Source: a virus | Lineage: Duplodnaviria > Caudoviricetes | IMG/VR virus record: IMGVR_UViG_3300032266_000996 | Coordinates: 1 to 31,568 of that record | DNA length: 31,568 bases | Strand: one strand, 5' to 3' | In this document: piece after piece, positions 1 to 9,507 of the stretch | Layout: every line of letters begins with the position of its first letter | How positions within the stretch are numbered: position 1 is the stretch's first letter | The notes under the pieces: model-generated | Databases searched by the model: none | Told to the model about the DNA's origin: nothing | Seen by the model: only the letters and a program-made list of their open reading frames with translations | Made by a program: the position numbers and the translations under genes

Positions 1-3000
1 ATTAATTTTAATAGGTCGTTTCGGCAATTTGAAATCGAAACCGTTAACACCACAAGCGGAATTTATCTTGCAAAATTGCATCTAGTGCTGAAAGAACACG
101 TTGTTATATTTGACGATAGATCAGTTTTTAACGATACTGTTTATGACAAAGTAACTGGATATAGACAAGAACGGATCAAAATTCGTGGATTTAGAACCAC
201 CGACTGGGATGGGGATTATACTAGTCCGGGATTCTTATTCGATGGTGTTAATATTCAAACATGGCAACCATTTGTTGATTATAAATTAGGAGATATTGTT
301 TCTTATAGAAGCAATTATTGGACCAGTCAAAAAAATCAAACATCGTCTGAGTCTTTTGAATCGGAAAATTGGACAGAACTTGACAGCATGCCGGTAAAAG
401 GGCTTGTTCCTAATTTTGATTTTAAAATAAACCAATTTGATGATTTTTATAATTTAGATGCAGATGGGTTGACGTCTAGCCAACGAGAACTTGGTCGTCA
501 TGCAATTGGTTATCAAACTAGAACATATCTTCAGGACTTAGCTGAGGATGATGTCACACAGTTCAACTTGTATCAGGGATTTATTCGAGAGAAAGGAACA
601 ATGTCTGCTGCTGTAAAAGTTTTTGATAAACTATCAAAGGTAGCAGAAGATAGTATTGTTCTCAACGAAGAATGGGCATTTAGAGTAGGAACTATTGGTG
701 GTGTTGACCAATTATCACAGATTGAATTTGACATTACAAAAACAGATCTACAAATTAATCCGCAGCCGGTTATTGTTAATACAGTTAAAGATAACCAAAT
801 CTATGAAGATCAATATCTAAGATTATATCAAAGCGATTTTGTTAGATATACAGGAGAGTTTGATAATAGGTTAATTGATTCTAGGATTGATTACAAATTA
901 CAAACTGCTGGTTATGTTAGATTAGATCATGTCAACTATACAGTAAAAACTAAAGACGATATATTAAACATTGATATTACCCCAGTTCAACAAAATGATT
1001 ATTTTTACATAACATTCGGATCTCCCGATTGGGATGTTTTAAGATTTTACAAAGAAGATAGACTTAATGTAATATCGGCAATCAAACAACAGACTAATGT
1101 AACCTTGATATTTGATCGACCACACGACATTGTAGTGGGAGATATTATTGGATCTAACGATATCATTAATCTTAAAGGTTTCTTTAAAGTAAATTCTGTA
1201 GATTATAAAACTATTATAATAACAGTTCCCGTGGCCAATAAAGATCCGGTAATTGATTATAGTACCTTAGTTGGAATTTATCGATTGGCTCCTGCGAGAT
1301 TTAAAACAGTCTCTGATCTAGATCAACAAACAGTTGCGTTATTAGAAAATAAAACTAAAATCTGGTTAGACAAAGACGATAATAATCTTTGGAAAGTGTA
1401 TCAAAAAAACAAAGTTTATACCAGCAAGCAAATTGCAGATTTCGCTACAGCAACTCCTTATCGTACTGGAAAGAGTGTAGTATATGCTGAGGCATTACGT
1501 CAGACTATAGTAAGCCGACCATCGCAAGGAGCGGTTATAGTTTATGTAGAAGGTTCTCTAGGATTGCATGTCGGCCAAGTATTATTGCTTAATGAAACTT
1601 TGCAGAGAATTTTTAACAGATCGTTTGGTGATTCGATTGCAATTTCACCCGATAACCAATGGTTAGCTATAGGCGCACCGCTTTCTTCTGGGGTATCTAG
1701 TCATTTTATAGGTGAGTGGAATCCTAGAATTAATTATAGCACAGATGACATTGTGGTATATGCTGGAAAACTTTGGAAGGCATTGAAAGATATTGTTGGG
1801 GATCCTTTTGAAAATGATTCCTCAATTAACATTGCCAGCGGAGACTGGGAGCCCACGGACCTCATTGTTTATGACGAATTGATGGGGAGAAATAGAAGTT
1901 TTAGAGAACAAGGCTGCATAGTTCTTTATAAGTGGAATGGACAGAGTTGGACGTATACCACAACGATATTATCGCCTAGGCCAAATAGCAGTGAGTATTT
2001 TGGACATGCTCTGGCTATATCAAAAAAAGGAACTGAGTACTGGATGACAGTCTCGGCTCCGGGCAGTCAGGAAGGTCGTGGTCGTGTTTACATACTAAAA
2101 TATAAAAATAACAAATGGAGATACCATGAAGATTCTGCGTATATGGGACTTTGGGATCCTACTGGGAGTACAGCTTATCCTGCCGGAGCTATAGTTTGGT
2201 CAGATAATCAACTATGGCGAGCTGTCGGAGACAGTACCAAGGACGGAAGCACCCTGTCTACAGATTTGACTCAATGGGTGGCTATCGATCCGGTATCAAC
2301 GCAGAGTTCATTGCCTACTAATATTTTATTAGAAGACGACGGGTCGACATTGATCAATGGATTATTGAGCACAACTGATTATAAAGAATTGACCAAACAG
2401 GGAGAGGGGTTTGGCAAAAGTATAGCTATGAATGCCGACGGATCGATATTAGTTATCGGAGCTCCATATGCTGATAGTCAATATTTTGCTAAATTTAGAG
2501 GGCAATGGAATTTAAAGCAACAATATACATTTAATGATGTTGTGATTTATGCAGGGACATATTATCAATTACAAGGTGCCGAATCTAGTATAGGACAAGA
2601 TCCTGCTGGTCAGCCGTGGGTTAATGTTGGTGATAGTACAGGGCAGCCCTGTGGTAAAATATATATCTATCAACGAGATGAATTTGAACGATACCAACTT
2701 TGTCAAACGGTGGCTGCAGATAATCTAAGATCATTAGATGCTATAGATGATAGTACATTTTCGAATGATATCAATACTGGTGATAACTTTGGTCATGCGG
2801 TAACTGTAGATGCTTCGGGTCTTACTATAGTAGTCACGAGCCCGTATGCAGATTCGGAATATCAAAATCAGGGATTGGCATATGTGTTTAATTCAACGAA
2901 ATTATCTAATCCACAGTGGAAACTCAAATCTAGACTAGAATCTTATGAAACTGTAGCAAATCTAGCTTTTGGATCTGCAGTTTCTATATCCCCTTCGTCG

Positions 3001-6000
3001 GAGTTTATCGTTGTTTCTGCACAAAATGCAGGTACTAGAAAAATAACAGGATTCAAAGACGGTACATCTTTCGATAAAAATTCTACTAATTTTAGTGACG
3101 ACATAGGATATACTGGACAGGTGTATTTGTATGAACGTATTGCTGGAAAATATTTTCTGGCAGAAAAATTAGAAGTTGAGTTTAATATTGGAGAATCATT
3201 TGGATCCTGTTTGTATGCCGGTAACTCGGTTGTAGTAGTGGGGTCAACCACTTATAAATCGCCAGTGTCTGGAATAGAAACCGGACAGGTGCGATTATTT
3301 AGAAAGCAGTCGAACATAAAATCGTTGACTATTTTATCTGAACAATTGCCTTTGACTGACATTGATAAAATTAAAAGTGTGATTTTGTTGAATCCGCAGA
3401 CAGGTAAAAAAATTACCGATGTTGAAGTGATCGATCATGCTAAAATGAAAATAATAGGATCGATAGAAGAAAATATTAGTTTTAAGACTCCCTACGATCC
3501 TGCGGTATATACTACAGGTACAGACCAAGTGGTTGTAGATCCAGATATAGCATGGTTTGATAAAAATGTTGGGAAACTATGGTGGGATTTAAGCACTGCA
3601 AAATGGTTATATCATGAGCAGGGTGATATAACTCACCGCATTGGGAGCTGGAATAAACTAGCACCTGGTGCTAGCATTGATATCTATGAATGGATAGAGA
3701 CTGTGTTACTTCCTTCGGAGTGGAGTGCTTTAGCGGATACAGCCGAAGGTCTAGCTGAACAGATATCCGGTCAACCATTGTACCCTAATGATAACGTGTA
3801 TTGTATTAAAGTCTTGTACAATCCAACTACTGGATTAAGTACCGGTACAAAATATTATTATTGGGTTAAGTCGACGACTTTAGTGCCCGATAATGTACAA
3901 GCAAGAAAAATTTCAGCAGCTGAAATAGCTAGTAATATAACCAATCCTATGTTGGCTAATTTGCCTATGATAAGTTTTATCGACTCTAACAAAATATTAT
4001 TATCAAATTGTTACGAGGCGATATCTGTTGACACTGTGTCGGTGAACATAGAATATTTTACTGATAGCGGTGCCCTAGTGCCAACACATAGAGAATATCA
4101 ATTATTAACTGAAGGTGTGGTTGATAGTTTGCCGTCGTCTACTCTTGAAAACAAATGGATCGACAGTCTTGTGGGATTTGATATTCTAGCTAATACTGTT
4201 CCGGATATCAATTTACATCCGAGACAGCGTTATGGGATATCTGTTAGACCTCGTCAATCGATGTTTATTGATAGATTTGAAGCATTAAAACAGGTTGTTT
4301 CTCAGATAAATTCTGTAATATTACAATTACCTTTGGTTGATTCTTATGTATTGGACAAATTTAACGAAAAAGAAGCTGCTCCTGCAGAGATTTTAAATAC
4401 TTATGATTTAATAGTTGACTCTTTAGGACAGCTATCACAGTTAGAGGATGTACTTGGAGGGTTTTTCCCAACCAGGATTAAAACTGCAAAATTAAAAGCA
4501 AACATAATCAATGGAGAAATTGACACCATTGACATAATAGAACCTGGATTTGGATATCAAAAACTTCCATATATCACTATAACAGGTAACGGGACAGGGG
4601 CCACTGCTGAAGTACAGAAAGATTCCCAAGGCAGAATTGTTTCGGTTCAAGTATTAACACGTGGTAAAAAATATGATGCTGCGTTGGTTAACATTAGAAG
4701 TTTTTCTGTGTTAGTTCGTATTGACGAGACAGTTAACGGATTTTGGAGTGTATATAGCTGGGACGATGTCAGGAAAAAATTCTATAGGAGTAGAACTCAA
4801 GCCTATGATAACTCAAAATATTGGAATTATGTTGATTGGTGGAAATCTGGATATTCTAAAAACAGTAAAATAAAATTGCAGTTGTCTCAATTCTACGAAT
4901 TATCGTCTGCTGAAAGCGATTCGGGGGATCTAATTAAGATTCAAGAATATGGATCTGGTGGCTGGGCAATATTTGAACGAACTCAACCAGGAGTCGGTGA
5001 AGTTGATGGAAATTATTCTCTGGTTGGAAGAGAAAACGGAACTCTTCAATTAACTACTGCGTTATATGATAACACAGTCTCTTCGTTAGGGTTTGATGCG
5101 GTATCATCGTATGATGATAATCTCTATGATGCAAATCCTGCAAGAGAATTAAGAAATTTATTAAAGGCAATCAAAGAAGACATATTTGTTGGAGATTTAG
5201 CAGTCGAGTGGAACAAATTGTTCTTTAGTTCTATAAAATATGTTTTTGCTGAGCAGTCTTCGGTTGATTGGGCTTTTAAAACTAGTTTTGTAAATGTTAT
5301 TCATAATGTTGGAAAATTTGAACAACGTCCTACTTATAAAAACGATAATCTAATAGCTTTTCAAGATTTTCTAAAAGAAATTAAACCATATAGGACAACA
5401 TTTAGAGAATATGTCAGTCGATACAATACTATAGAATCTACAGGAACTAATTTAACTGATTTTGATCTTCCTCCGTATTACGACACAGATGAACAGAAAA
5501 TTCTTCCAACAAAATCTAATAATCAATTAGTCAATGATGATATTAGAAAATACTGGATAAATGCTCAGGGATATAGTATAGTGGAAATTTTAGTTTCGTA
5601 TCCCGGATCGGATTATCAGTCGCCGCCGAAAGTGATGATCGAAGGTACAGGTGTTGGAGCCGAAGCCAAAGCGTTTATTTCTAATGGTCGAGTTAGCGGA
5701 ATATCCGTAATTTCGGGAGGGTACGGCTATACATCAACTCCGACTGTGACATTAGTTGGTGGAAACGGATCAAGTCAGAATATTGCCAAGGCTGTTTCGG
5801 TACTAGGCGATTCAAAAATACGAAGCTTTGATATTTCGTTAAAATTCGACAGAACAAATAAAGTAGGATATTATACCAATTTTAAGCGGTCAGAGACTAT
5901 TGTTTCTGATCCTCGAACACTGGTTTATGTTTTGAAATATGCACCCTCGTGGGATACAACTAAATTTAAAGTTTATAAAAATTCTCAAATTTTATCAAGA

Positions 6001-8832
6001 AGCGAATATTCGATAAACCTATATACACAATTAATAGACGGTTATTCACTGCTTAAGGGAAAACTAATTTTAAAGACACTACCTGCTGTCGGTGATGAAT
6101 TTTTAGTAGAATATATTATAAATGATCAATTATTAGATTCGATTAATAGGATTGACAATTATTATGCACCTGATACTGGTATGTTAGGGAATGATCTAAC
6201 TCAATTGATGACGGGCATTGACTTTGGAGGAATTCAAGTTCAGGGTAATATATTTGAAGTAACCGGTGGATGGGATGCATTACCTTGGTTCTCAGATGGG
6301 TGGGATAGCGTGGCATCTTCTGGGGATTTTTATATTGTTGCAGATGGCAGCATAGGGGAAATTACATTGCCAGAAGCTCCGTTGTCTGGTCAATTAATCA
6401 GCGTTTACATCAAACGTATGGGTTCTGCAAGACAGGTAAGAATTGATGATCCGTATTTTGATCAATATGACGGATCTACAATATTAGCCAATGGTCGAGC
6501 TATTCCTGTATTGGGCACAGTGATGCCTACGATTGTAGGTGACGGGTCAACTAAGACCTATCAAATACATGATTACATACATGTCAACGACGGCGATACA
6601 TTAATTTTTAGAAATTTTGAAAGTGACGGTTCGGTAATCATTGATGATATCAACATTCTTGATACACAAATAGTCGGAGGAGGATTAGAGCAATACGGTG
6701 GTATGTTCTCTAATGCTAATGGAATAACTGCTGAAGAAATTATTATTAATGGTGGTAAATTTGTTTCACCGGAACATGTTCCTGCTCCAGAGGAAAATAT
6801 TCCTGGGCAGATACTAGAAAGTATGAGTATTAAAGTTTTTCAAGTTTCGACTACAGGGTCGTCGATGATTAATGGATATAGATATATTTCGGATGGCAGC
6901 ACTGCAAAATATGATATAGGTGTGGAAATTTTTAATAGTGATAACGTCTTTGTATATGTCGACGGTATCAGAAAAAATTATGCACATGACAGCGCCGTTG
7001 ATTATTCTATTGATTTTAATACTAATCAAATTCAATTTGGTGTGGTCCCTGACCAGGGTTCAATTATCGAAATTACAGGCATTGGCCTTGGCGGAATTGC
7101 AATTTTAGACTATCAGACAGTGATATCCGATGGCGAAACAACATTTTATCTAACAAAGAGTTTAATTGATCAAACGACCGATGTTGTGGTCACTGTCAAT
7201 GGTCGAGATGTCAACACTGGGTTCGTGAGTAGTACTTTGATTTCGGAAGAATTGCAAATCTCAATCGACCCAGACCTCACTGCAATAAGATTCTCAGTGG
7301 TTCCGGATCTAGGAAGTGTGATTAAAATTATAGTTCTCGGCCAAGGATTAGATACTGATAGCGGTGAACGATCACTGATCAGGGTAAACAATCAACGCCA
7401 TATTATATCTGATTCAAGTCGAGAAATTGAAATCGCAGGATTTGTTGAATTAACTAGAGGATCGGCAAATTCGTCAGTTATTGTAGAACTCAACGGTAGA
7501 AAATTGAAGTCAGTGGATACTTACTATGCAGTTTATGATGGTACTAATAACACTATCGATATTGGTACTGATCCTAGATCGGTAGTTACATCGGTGGATA
7601 TTAAGGTTTTCATTAATTCTGTATTACAGCCTTTTGTTACAGCCTATATTTACAACGGTACCACTAAACAAATTATTGTTAGACAAGATATTTTAAATTT
7701 CGGCGATGTAGTTAAAGTTGAAGTTACTAATCAATCTCAGTATGTTATCAGTAATAATCGTATTATCATCGATCCAGTAGTGGAAATATCTAACACTGAT
7801 ATTGTTGATATTACATGGTTCAGCGAATATCCATCTTTAGATTTAATTAGCGATGTTTTCTCTGGAGGTAAATCAGAATATTACTTAAAAAGGCCAGCAA
7901 TAAACACAAATTACATTCGTGTTTATTTAAATGGTAGGAGACTGATCAGGGGAGTCGAATATAGTTTCAATGTTTTAAGAAACACAGTGAAATTAAATTT
8001 CATGACTCTTTTAGAAGATTCGATTGAAATTATTGAATTTGGTAATATTCGATACAGATTTCCTCGATCTTTTGAAATTTTTAAAGACATGACCAATAAC
8101 TATCTTTATAAGAGATTCACAATTGATTCGGTTGTGCTGACGAAAGATCTGGCATATTATGACACTGAGGTCGAAGTTTCCGATGGAACAAACTTAGATA
8201 ACCCTGTGCCTGAAAGAAATATTCCAGGCATTGTCGTTATCGGGGGAGAGCGGATTCAGTATTTTAGTAAACAGGGAAATATCTTAAGGAATCTGCGTCG
8301 CGGAGCATTTGGTACATCAATCGCTGAAAACTATCGGGCAGGTACTAAAATAGTTAATGTTGGCATTTCTAATTCAATACCTTACAAAGACTCTCAGGAA
8401 AAAACAGACTTTGTTAGTGACGGAAGTACATTATTAATAGGTCCATTGGAATTTCAGCCCATAAAAGCGAATAGAGAAAATTGGTTTAGAACTACGATTC
8501 CACTCACACACGGCGCTTGCGATCAGGTTGAGGTATTTGCAGGAGGCCGCCGCCTTCGAAAGGATCCTATCGATGTCTATAGCGAAGCATTAGGCCCTCA
8601 GGGATCCGGTCTTAAAACTACAATAGAGGCTGAATTTTCTGTGGACGGGATAACTTCTTATGTTAGATTAAGTAGTGTAGTTCCGGCAGGTACGAGAATA
8701 ACTGTGATAAGACGTATGGGGAGATTATGGTATGATCGAGGCGAAAACGCAGCTAGTTCAGGAGTAACTCTGCTTCTGAACAACAGTACAGTGGCTAAGT
8801 TCATAGATAAAAACTCCACCGAGCTACCATAA
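1..8832 (+). CDS. Giant baseplate wedge-type virion structural protein (5'-truncated by window, >2940 aa)
   Basis: Frame is open from base 1 (INFNRSFRQFEIETVNTTSGIYLAKLHLV...), so TTG at 76 is not the real start. Contains FG-GAP-like blades (FGDSIAISPDNQWLAIGAP, FGHALAIS, FGKSIAMNADGSILVIGAPY, FGHAVTVDASG, FGSAVSISPSS, FGSCLYAG), four CBM5/12-like W..Y..G.IV.Y..W modules, two GxGY..P.I.I.G.G.GA.A repeats typical of T4-like structural proteins, and C-terminal DG(S/E)T..F/Y beta-sandwich repeats. Lies just upstream of fibre genes. Confidence 0.75.
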   Translation: MNFNRSFRQFEIETVNTTSGIYLAKLHLVLKEHVVIFDDRSVFNDTVYDKVTGYRQERIKIRGFRTTDWDGDYTSPGFLFDGVNIQTWQPFVDYKLGDIVSYRSNYWTSQKNQTSSESFESENWTELDSMPVKGLVPNFDFKINQFDDFYNLDADGLTSSQRELGRHAIGYQTRTYLQDLAEDDVTQFNLYQGFIREKGTMSAAVKVFDKLSKVAEDSIVLNEEWAFRVGTIGGVDQLSQIEFDITKTDLQINPQPVIVNTVKDNQIYEDQYLRLYQSDFVRYTGEFDNRLIDSRIDYKLQTAGYVRLDHVNYTVKTKDDILNIDITPVQQNDYFYITFGSPDWDVLRFYKEDRLNVISAIKQQTNVTLIFDRPHDIVVGDIIGSNDIINLKGFFKVNSVDYKTIIITVPVANKDPVIDYSTLVGIYRLAPARFKTVSDLDQQTVALLENKTKIWLDKDDNNLWKVYQKNKVYTSKQIADFATATPYRTGKSVVYAEALRQTIVSRPSQGAVIVYVEGSLGLHVGQVLLLNETLQRIFNRSFGDSIAISPDNQWLAIGAPLSSGVSSHFIGEWNPRINYSTDDIVVYAGKLWKALKDIVGDPFENDSSINIASGDWEPTDLIVYDELMGRNRSFREQGCIVLYKWNGQSWTYTTTILSPRPNSSEYFGHALAISKKGTEYWMTVSAPGSQEGRGRVYILKYKNNKWRYHEDSAYMGLWDPTGSTAYPAGAIVWSDNQLWRAVGDSTKDGSTLSTDLTQWVAIDPVSTQSSLPTNILLEDDGSTLINGLLSTTDYKELTKQGEGFGKSIAMNADGSILVIGAPYADSQYFAKFRGQWNLKQQYTFNDVVIYAGTYYQLQGAESSIGQDPAGQPWVNVGDSTGQPCGKIYIYQRDEFERYQLCQTVAADNLRSLDAIDDSTFSNDINTGDNFGHAVTVDASGLTIVVTSPYADSEYQNQGLAYVFNSTKLSNPQWKLKSRLESYETVANLAFGSAVSISPSSEFIVVSAQNAGTRKITGFKDGTSFDKNSTNFSDDIGYTGQVYLYERIAGKYFLAEKLEVEFNIGESFGSCLYAGNSVVVVGSTTYKSPVSGIETGQVRLFRKQSNIKSLTILSEQLPLTDIDKIKSVILLNPQTGKKITDVEVIDHAKMKIIGSIEENISFKTPYDPAVYTTGTDQVVVDPDIAWFDKNVGKLWWDLSTAKWLYHEQGDITHRIGSWNKLAPGASIDIYEWIETVLLPSEWSALADTAEGLAEQISGQPLYPNDNVYCIKVLYNPTTGLSTGTKYYYWVKSTTLVPDNVQARKISAAEIASNITNPMLANLPMISFIDSNKILLSNCYEAISVDTVSVNIEYFTDSGALVPTHREYQLLTEGVVDSLPSSTLENKWIDSLVGFDILANTVPDINLHPRQRYGISVRPRQSMFIDRFEALKQVVSQINSVILQLPLVDSYVLDKFNEKEAAPAEILNTYDLIVDSLGQLSQLEDVLGGFFPTRIKTAKLKANIINGEIDTIDIIEPGFGYQKLPYITITGNGTGATAEVQKDSQGRIVSVQVLTRGKKYDAALVNIRSFSVLVRIDETVNGFWSVYSWDDVRKKFYRSRTQAYDNSKYWNYVDWWKSGYSKNSKIKLQLSQFYELSSAESDSGDLIKIQEYGSGGWAIFERTQPGVGEVDGNYSLVGRENGTLQLTTALYDNTVSSLGFDAVSSYDDNLYDANPARELRNLLKAIKEDIFVGDLAVEWNKLFFSSIKYVFAEQSSVDWAFKTSFVNVIHNVGKFEQRPTYKNDNLIAFQDFLKEIKPYRTTFREYVSRYNTIESTGTNLTDFDLPPYYDTDEQKILPTKSNNQLVNDDIRKYWINAQGYSIVEILVSYPGSDYQSPPKVMIEGTGVGAEAKAFISNGRVSGISVISGGYGYTSTPTVTLVGGNGSSQNIAKAVSVLGDSKIRSFDISLKFDRTNKVGYYTNFKRSETIVSDPRTLVYVLKYAPSWDTTKFKVYKNSQILSRSEYSINLYTQLIDGYSLLKGKLILKTLPAVGDEFLVEYIINDQLLDSINRIDNYYAPDTGMLGNDLTQLMTGIDFGGIQVQGNIFEVTGGWDALPWFSDGWDSVASSGDFYIVADGSIGEITLPEAPLSGQLISVYIKRMGSARQVRIDDPYFDQYDGSTILANGRAIPVLGTVMPTIVGDGSTKTYQIHDYIHVNDGDTLIFRNFESDGSVIIDDINILDTQIVGGGLEQYGGMFSNANGITAEEIIINGGKFVSPEHVPAPEENIPGQILESMSIKVFQVSTTGSSMINGYRYISDGSTAKYDIGVEIFNSDNVFVYVDGIRKNYAHDSAVDYSIDFNTNQIQFGVVPDQGSIIEITGIGLGGIAILDYQTVISDGETTFYLTKSLIDQTTDVVVTVNGRDVNTGFVSSTLISEELQISIDPDLTAIRFSVVPDLGSVIKIIVLGQGLDTDSGERSLIRVNNQRHIISDSSREIEIAGFVELTRGSANSSVIVELNGRKLKSVDTYYAVYDGTNNTIDIGTDPRSVVTSVDIKVFINSVLQPFVTAYIYNGTTKQIIVRQDILNFGDVVKVEVTNQSQYVISNNRIIIDPVVEISNTDIVDITWFSEYPSLDLISDVFSGGKSEYYLKRPAINTNYIRVYLNGRRLIRGVEYSFNVLRNTVKLNFMTLLEDSIEIIEFGNIRYRFPRSFEIFKDMTNNYLYKRFTIDSVVLTKDLAYYDTEVEVSDGTNLDNPVPERNIPGIVVIGGERIQYFSKQGNILRNLRRGAFGTSIAENYRAGTKIVNVGISNSIPYKDSQEKTDFVSDGSTLLIGPLEFQPIKANRENWFRTTIPLTHGACDQVEVFAGGRRLRKDPIDVYSEALGPQGSGLKTTIEAEFSVDGITSYVRLSSVVPAGTRITVIRRMGRLWYDRGENAASSGVTLLLNNSTVAKFIDKNSTELP

Positions 8833-8838
8833 TAAATA
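8831..8838 (+). promoter_or_regulatory. T4-like late promoter box (AATAAATA)
   Basis: 7/8 match to the T4 gp55 consensus TATAAATA at a gene junction; TAAATA recurs at three other junctions. Confidence 0.6.
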
Positions 8839-8842
8839 CGAT

Positions 8843-9505
8843 ATGGAAAAAGAAGAGTCAAAAATGTCCCAAAATACACAAGAAAATATACATAATGATC
8901 GCCCCGACGAAGATGGGGGATTTCACTTCGAAGGTCACATAAAAATATTTGATCCAGAATCTAACGAAGTTTTTGTAGATAAGCGGAATGCTATTCATTA
9001 TGAAAATATAAGCATTGCTATGGTAAATGCATTAAGCAACCAGGGTCGAGGCACTATATATCAAATGGTTTTTGGTACCGGGGGTACAGTGGTAGATCCA
9101 ACTGGTCTAATCGCCTATCTTACTCCAAACACAGTCGGCACAAATTCTAGCTTATATAATCAGACTTATAGTAAAATCGTTGATCAGAATTCTTCAGCTA
9201 ATTCTGATCCTATACGAAATAAAATGGAAATAAGGCATATCAGCGGTGCGACATACAGCGATATCATTGTAAGTTGTCTATTAGACTATGGTGAGCCTGA
9301 GGGACAGGAAGCATTTGACAACAGTCAGGACATGAGTGGGGATTTTGTCTTTGACGAATTGGGACTTAGAGAGTATAGTGGCTCGGGAGTTGGTAAGTTA
9401 TTAACACATGTAATTTTTCATCCAGTGCAGAAGTCATTGAACAGACTCTTGCAAATTGATTATACAATCAGAGTCCAAAGTTTGACAAGTTTTAGTGAGG
9501 CATAA
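8843..9505 (+). CDS. Small baseplate / fibre-attachment-type structural protein; true start possibly ATG 8864
   Basis: 220-aa ORF between the baseplate giant and the fibre genes. The C-terminal FDELGL...LLTHVIFHPVQKSLNRLLQIDYTIRV pattern resembles baseplate/fibre-attachment domains (inference). ATG 8843 is only 4 nt after the promoter box, whereas ATG 8864 follows purine-rich AGAAGAG. Confidence 0.55.
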   Translation: MEKEESKMSQNTQENIHNDRPDEDGGFHFEGHIKIFDPESNEVFVDKRNAIHYENISIAMVNALSNQGRGTIYQMVFGTGGTVVDPTGLIAYLTPNTVGTNSSLYNQTYSKIVDQNSSANSDPIRNKMEIRHISGATYSDIIVSCLLDYGEPEGQEAFDNSQDMSGDFVFDELGLREYSGSGVGKLLTHVIFHPVQKSLNRLLQIDYTIRVQSLTSFSEA

Positions 9506-9507
9506 AG

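Noticed and set aside
76-78. TTG start given for the 2918-aa ORF
   Set aside because: The frame is open back to base 1; the gene starts upstream of the window.
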